Positions 57,450 through 64,000 of a stretch of 64,000 nt of DNA are shown one piece after another. This DNA is from Anthoceros angustus. Lineage: Eukaryota > Plantae > Anthocerotophyta. Position 1 is the stretch's first letter. Each line of letters starts with the position of its first letter. The DNA lies in contig VJWM01000108.1 of the NCBI GenBank assembly GCA_010909165.1, forward strand, positions 372,001-436,000, written 5' to 3'. The notes under the pieces were generated by a model. The model did no database searches and was not told the DNA's origin. It saw nothing but the letters and a program-made list of their open reading frames with translations. The position numbers were made by a program, and so were the translations under genes.

Positions 57450-60400
57450 GATGTCGAAGTTAAGTTCAACACATAAAGCAAGGAGCATCCTTATCGAAGC
57501 TGCTTTGACGACAGGTGAGTAGACTTGATCGCCTTGATAGTCGACTCCCTCTTTCTGACTATAGCCCTTGGCCACTAGCCTTGCTTTATAACGTATGCGG
57601 GGCTCAACCTCTTGAAACTTTGTTTTGAGTACCTACTTGCACTTGACAGTAGTCCTTCCTGGGGGTAGATCAACTAACCCCCAAGTGTTATTCTTGACTA
57701 AAGAGTTATACTCCACACCGGGCCCCCACTTGTTAGCCCTGTGTCTAGCATATGCTTCTTGAAGTGTGAGAGGATCTCCTCAAACAACAAAACTCATAGC
57801 AAAGAATAGGCGGTCGGATCAAGATCAAGATAACCAGCTTGATTGAACTCCAAGTCAAATGGCTTCTCATTCCGTGAGGTGTCTTGAGTCCGACGGTAGG
57901 GTACCCACGAGGAACAACGACTTGATCTCGGGGGTGATGGAGGCGGTAAAGGAACGTCTGGGGCTCCAAAGATGTATGTCCCCCAAATCCGCAGGGGCCG
58001 TCTGTATCATCCATGGGCCGATCATCTTCCCTCTCGGGAACCTAAGAACCTGGAATCGCTTGAGGTAAGGAGCCATGTGGACAGAAGCAGTAGAAAAGAT
58101 GAAGGCTTAAATCAAAGTGAATGAAACCAAGAGAGCGGGGACTATTGAGATGGGCGCATCATCTTCCTCATCCAAAAGCGGACCAGAGGAGAGAATGCTA
58201 GCCTCGTCGAAAGTGATAGTCCGAGCATAAACAGGAGTCCGAGTAGCCACGTCAATCAACTTGTATGCCTTGCGATCCTCACCATAACCCACAACCACCA
58301 GCTTCCGTGCTCGGGAAGAAAGCTTATAACGGAGCTGGTATTCCTTGCATATTATAGTGTATTCTTAGGATATTTCTGGCATATGTTGATGCCAATAGGA
58401 TATCTTAGGAATATGCCGATGCCAAGGGCTAGTATATATAGACCCTTCCATCGAGGACAGCTCGATCATAGCTTGTCCTCTGATATGCAATGCAGTGTTA
58501 TGAGGAGGCCAAAGCCATGACTCAGAGCGATGTGTGAGAATTTGCATGTTGTTCTCGTGGAGAGAGTGTGTTTGTGCCACAACGCACGAACTACTCTCTC
58601 GTCATATTGGTTGGCACCTATATCTCACAGATTAGATTTGTTTTGCTTGGTTGTTTGTCGAGGAAGCTTATATGAATTCAAGTGCTTAATCATCAATTAC
58701 GCCGCGACACTGAAAGGAGTACGCCAACAACGGACTTGGTCAACCCTGCTCACGATGTATGCCAGAGATCAAATTTAAAAAGACTTAGGCAAGCATCGGC
58801 TAACATAGCTCGCCATATGGCCATGAGATCGCCATTGGCCTTCTCAAGAACGCCATTCGAGCAAAAGTGTAGGAGTGAATTGTCTCAAGATCCCACGCCT
58901 CCTCATGAGTCTTTGAACTGATGGTTGTTGAGTTCTCCCGCATTGTCGGATCTGATGCACCGCAGCTTGCATCTAGTGTGCAACTCGGCCATAGAAACAA
59001 AAGGTGAGAACACAGCAAAGGAGTCACTTTTGAGATGAAGCGGGTACGCAAAAGAGTAGCGGGAATAATCATCCACTATCGTCATAAAATGGCGTGCTCC
59101 GCCTAAAGAAGTAACAAGGAGAGGTCCCCACAAGTCTACGTGAACTAACTCCAAAGGTTGAGAAGCCGTATGAGCAGGAAGACCGAGTAGGAGAGCTCAC
59201 CGCTGCAGCACACACGCTCACAAAGAGGTGGTGTCTTGGCCAAGGAGGGCAACTTATCTCGATACAAGTCCGCCGAGTCATGGCAAGGAGCTTGGTGATT
59301 GAGGTGCCCAAGTCGACAGCAAAAGTAGGGCATTCCTGATGGAGGGAGCCTGTGGTGAGGCAACCTTAGAAGATGCTACCACCGCAGCGAAGTGTAGTGT
59401 ACAGGGTGCCAGTGAAGATGTAGAGATCATCAGCTGCCCTCCGCTAACTTGCCTTTGGCCGAGAGGAACGATGGAGGAAACAATCCTCACGTCCAAACCC
59501 AAAAAAAGCTCCATCTAGCGTGGTTGGCGAACGGAAATCAAATTCTTAGCCATCCTGGACGGAGCACACTATTTAGCACAAGCGAGGAACCATCCTCCAG
59601 TGTGAATGTCACATAACCAACTCCAGCAATAGCAAGGCCGGAGTCATCGCCCAATAGCACAAAACGTTGAGTGTCAGTTGTCGCCGTGTAGGAAGTAAAC
59701 ATGTGCTTGAGCTACGACATATGGGTCATGAGTCCAGAACCAGAGGTCTCGAACTCCAAGCTACCAAGCACACGGTTAAAGCAATCTCAGACTTGGACTG
59801 GATCTTGGCCTTGGACACGACAGCTGTATTAGCAGTCTTGATCTCACGCTTGGCCTCACCGGCCGCTTCTTCCGCACTTCGGCCTCCGGTCGGGTGATAA
59901 CACCAATTGCACGTCCCTTGACGCTTTGGTGCTTGGAAGGAGGAAGAGGCATGAGTGCCTTTGATGGGCCGGAGTTGTTGTTCCTCCGGGGGTTGTTCCC
60001 TCTCTTCGGTTGTTGATTTTGTGACCGTCCACGAGTCACAAACATCACTCGCTCTCCACCGTGTTTAGATGTGCCGGAGTTGTAGCGGGATGCCTCCTCC
60101 TGAAGGAGCGCGCCAGCAAGCTCGGACACAGTTAGAGTGGATTGTCCACCAGCCGCCACTGCTCATTGTGAAGTTCGGACCGACTGGTTTTGGGAAGAGA
60201 TTTAACGACCGATAACTAGTCGGAAGGCTAGGGTCTGGACAACGATCAAATTGATCATTGTAGTCCCGAGTGCACCCAATTGTGCCCGGTACCCGGGCTC
60301 ACATGATGCTAATACTATCACCTTGTTGCATCCGAAGAGTGTAGAACTCTTGTCGGACGGTGACCAAGGTCATCACATTTGTTGACTGATAGATGTCATT

Positions 60401-60599
60401 GATCTGCTTCCAGGCCTCTGCTGAAGTAGTCGCACCATCGGTGTGTGTGGAGTGATTTTCTAAACCAAGTGGTCACAAAGAGGCCACATTTACCCTCTTT
60501 ATCGTTGTAGACTTGAGATTCGTACCCAAGGGAGTGATTTCGTGTCAAGACAACCAAAACATAGCCAATCCAACCAACACGGACACAAACATCTAGCGA

Positions 60600-63500
60600 T
60601 TCTGAGACGAGACTACTACCCTAACAACACTCGGACACTGTGGCTATCTTAGCCACGCGACCTATGCTCCCGACAGGTGGCGTTGCCTTGCAACCCCTCT
60701 ATTTCTAGCGGAGGGTCCACCTTGGGATCAGTCGGCTATTAATAGAAGGTGGGTCCCAGTCGGGATCCAAGTGGATAAGGCTGATCTCTCTCTCTCTCTC
60801 TCTCTTATTCATCCACAAAGTTAGATCCACCAATCGGGATTCTGCTCCCATAACTCTTTTCCCTCACTCTTGCGGCACTTCTTGAGACTTCCTTGCCTCG
60901 TCCTTCAGCTCACCTTCCAGCTCCTCAGACCCTTCGAGCTCTCACAGTCCTTGGGTGCCTCTCGCAGCCTCCCACACTCTCAAGTTTCCCCAGCTCTCTT
61001 CAACTCCTTGTTCTCACACCTCACGCCCATTCAATCACTTCCCACTCTCGGCTCCTCTCCAGTCCTTACAAGGTTCTCATCCAGACCTTACAACCCCTCA
61101 CCAACTCTCAAAATACTTGTTCACTACCAATCATTCCATCTCATCCACTCGGATCTTCAACCTCCACTCACTCTCTTCTTCAGAACACAAACATCACTTA
61201 CAGACTTCTCCAGTCCTTCTTACTCCTCTCAAACAGCCATCAGCAACTCTCCATGTCCGGCATTCTCCACTTCTCTCAGTTCTCTTTTCCCTCTCATTTT
61301 CCAAACACCAAATCTCCAACACACGAAAACTTCAAACACAAGGTGAGTACTAGACTAGCTGAAGGGAATGAGGAAGAGGGACAGCTCCCGGCTTCACAAC
61401 CCCTTCCTCTTGACCTTGAAACTCCCTCCAAGGAGACCTCAAGGCTCCCTCCCTTGCTTTCCACCACTCTTGCGGATCGGCCACCTGGATCTAGGCAACA
61501 GTGGTCTTCTTGGCTTCCCCACAGCGGAGAGGCGGTGTCACGACCTTTGGATCTGGTACTCCCAAACCCCGTGCTCAAACACCAAGACTTAGGCCAACAT
61601 TGCTTACATTTCATCAAGAGGGGCCTCTTATACCCAAGATCACCCACAAAGCGGCTTGGTGCTTGCCAAAAATACCAATCGGTCTTAGCCTACCAATCCT
61701 AGAGGCCTATCTATCAATTACATCCACTATGAGAGGATAAGATTTGATCTATAACACATGGGCCTTTAGCTATTTGTGGCCACTTACCCCTATTACCTCT
61801 CACAGGCCTCCTAGGCGCCTAGCCCCATGTTCTCCTCTTGCTCTCCTCCCTCTTGGTGGTTGGGCAATCTCTCCCATAAAATCTCTACCTCCTCAGTGGA
61901 CTCCTCTCTCTCTTGTGCTCGCCGCATGATGCAGTACTCCTCCTCGGTGAGCTCTTGAATCTGGATGGGTCGGTGAGAGTTTCCTCCTTAAGAATCCAAC
62001 CCATAGGTAGGATCCGGTGCCGTCAAGGCATGGATCAAGTACCTCCATGTCCCCCACAGCCCACAACAACATAAACTTTCGGAGACAATCTTCTCTCCAG
62101 GAGGAGAATCCGGGCACATGGTTATCTTGATAAGCATCCTCAATCTAATGCACCATTGGGAAGTTAGACTTCTTAGGCGGTGCTTACCGCTCCCCGGCCT
62201 GTTGTCCTCCTCCGGTCTTGTTGCCCCTTCCTTGTTGTAGCTGGTCTTGGAGCTGTTGCTCCCTTAGCAGTGGTCTGAGTTGTGTTCCTTAGCGGCGGCG
62301 GTTGCTTGCTTAGCAACCTCCTCGTGTGCCAACTCGACCTTGATTCTTCCATGGAGGCTCCGCATCTTCCACGGTGGCTCTCCTTGCAATCCACAGCCCT
62401 CTTGGCCTCTTTCCAACCTTTCCTTGCCTCGTCCCTCTCCTTCTTGTGGCGCCCAGGCATCCAGATTTCGGCTGAACTTGCATCGAGATGACATTGCAGC
62501 TCCCCTATGGTGCTTTGTGCGTCCGAGAGCTGAACCATGAGGGTTTCCTGATCCTTGGTCTTCCGCTGCAACTCTTCTCGGACCTTCCTTAATTCCGCTT
62601 CCATGCTACCTAGGCGTCCCTCCAAGACCTCCTTCTCCTGCTTCATTCCCTGGAGCTCCTTTAGCTGCTCCCCCTGTTGCTTCCCCTGCTGCGCCTGTAA
62701 ACCTAACAAAGAGAGGACCAGAGCTATCTGGTCCTCCATCTCACCCCTAGTGCGTGCCATAGCTGAGACCAGCTCTTGCAGGGTGATGTTAGGCCCCAAA
62801 CCTTACCGGGGATGGGTTCCCTCCTTCCTATCTGGCGCCGGCTCTCCCTGCGACCACTTGGGGTATACTTGAGGTCACCCCTTGAGCAGTAGTGACTTTC
62901 TCGGGGTCGGCTCGGCCGTGCCCAAGGTTGGTGATTCCTCCTGTTGACTGTGGCTTCCCGGCCACGGGCTCTGCTGAGCCCAGTGCTTTCGGCCTTTCCT
63001 TTATCCTTACATCCGGGTGAGTTCCCGGTCGTGCTCTTGTGGCTCTAGGAGTGGTTGGAGTCCCCTGTTGCTCGGCCCGACCTCTCTTGGTGCTGTTGGG
63101 GTCTTAGCAACTCCGGTTGCTTTGTTAACCGCGTGATGCCTTAGCAAGCGCCACATTCCTCTTCATGGACACTTGGACTTCTCATCTTCACTCCCGGTGC
63201 CAGGAGATGGCCTCTTCCTCGACTCCTCTTTGGGCTTCCTTCTTTCAAACACGGCCTCCGGGCATGGAAGGTGAGACCATCTCTATCCCTCCAAAGAACT
63301 TGGCATGGTCAAAATGTGGATTAAGAAGGAGATAGAGCTGAGGGGGGGTGAGTAGGGTCAAGTGGTCCCTCTCCACGCATGTGTCATAGAACATCCTAGC
63401 CCAATCTATCTTGGACCCTCTCACCACCTCATAGAGAAAGACAAGAAAATGGTGACAATGTGCTCTAGCTTCTTAGTGAGCGAGAGCAGGATCCACTGGC

Positions 63501-64000
63501 TAATCCGGCCAGCTCGGGGTCTAACTTGTTGGTGACCCAGCCATTCTCCACCCTAGACAATGTGGGAGCAATGGCGCTTGCCTCCTAGACTTTTGGGAGA
63601 TGGCTACAAAGGATCAATGATTATTCCACATTCCTCTTGAGGCCTCTCAGACACTGGAACAAGCGAATATTCCAGTGCGGGGTTGGTTCTCGTGTTGCCT
63701 TCCCTGGCCTTCTCCCTCATGTGTCCTGCATTCCGAACCAATTACAGGCTCTTGTAGCACCACTTTTTGTCCATGAAGGACAAGTGATGCTTAGCCACCA
63801 AAGAACCCGCTTTCACTCTCCGATTGCCCCATGTTGGGCCATTGATGTAATGGCCTCAATGGCCAGTGTTCTTCTTAGGTCCCATGCTCCTTGTCCCTGT
63901 GACCTAGAGTTCTGGAAAGTGTCCGGCTACCGCCATTGCGATTTCCCACAAGCCTACATCTGTGTCGCCTTTTGGTCGACTCCTCACTCGAAATTCCTTC
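60600..64000 (-). mobile_element. Probable retroelement accessory region (coiled-coil ORF 62173-62799; IDWARMF...LTPPQLYLL fragment)
   Basis: Decayed, frameshifted ORFs resembling the extra ORFs of Ty3/Gypsy-type elements. No catalytic pol domain is seen in the window. Confidence 0.4.

Larger units (their letters stand above)
51014..60450 (-). mobile_element. Decayed Ty1/Copia LTR retrotransposon (gag-PR-INT-RT-RH) interrupted by nested insertions; 5' LTR not found
   Basis: gag AEAWKQINDIY...EFYTLRMQQG (about 60300-60420); integrase LELVHVDLWGP...TIVDDYSRY...IRSDNAGE (58903-59154); VVGYGEDRKAYKL; RYKARLVAKGYSQ (about 57560); LYVDD (about 52450); RNase H YVDADWASD...RTKHIEIQHHYVRD (51442-52374). 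Confidence 0.92.

Noticed and set aside
60450-60850. 5' LTR and primer-binding site of the Copia element
   Set aside because: No copy of agttagaaat...ct and no tggtatcagagc-type PBS was found; the element appears 5'-truncated.

Overview
Plant nuclear DNA. It is most likely from a hornwort such as Anthoceros (inference from introns of about 80-130 bp, compact gene spacing, and DYW:KP-type PPR genes, one ending in DRH); a fern or lycophyte is not excluded. The window holds four PLS-class PPR genes: three intact PPR-E-DYW:KP genes (8430-10679, 21854-25225, 34414-37182) and one frameshifted, tandemly expanded gene running off the left edge (1-3610). Two of them carry an N-terminal OSB/PTAC9-type PDF (WWDNR...PDF) ssDNA-binding motif. 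Housekeeping genes are an RFC small subunit (9 exons), RPS23 (4 coding exons), CLC-f, an F-box gene, a small AT-hook gene and a truncated crooked-neck copy. Mobile DNA includes a TIR/TSD-bounded Mutator-like element with a DDE+SWIM transposase, two RLE-type (CRE-like) LINE fragments, and a decayed Copia element. The Copia LTR and a related solo LTR appear to end 5'-AG...CT-3' rather than TG...CA. There is also a nested 4.7-kb insertion and retroelement accessory sequence at the right end. 37-47 kb is a local duplication zone with several remnants of the PPR-DYW/CLC tail-to-tail junction. All family calls are from motif recognition by eye; no searches were run.
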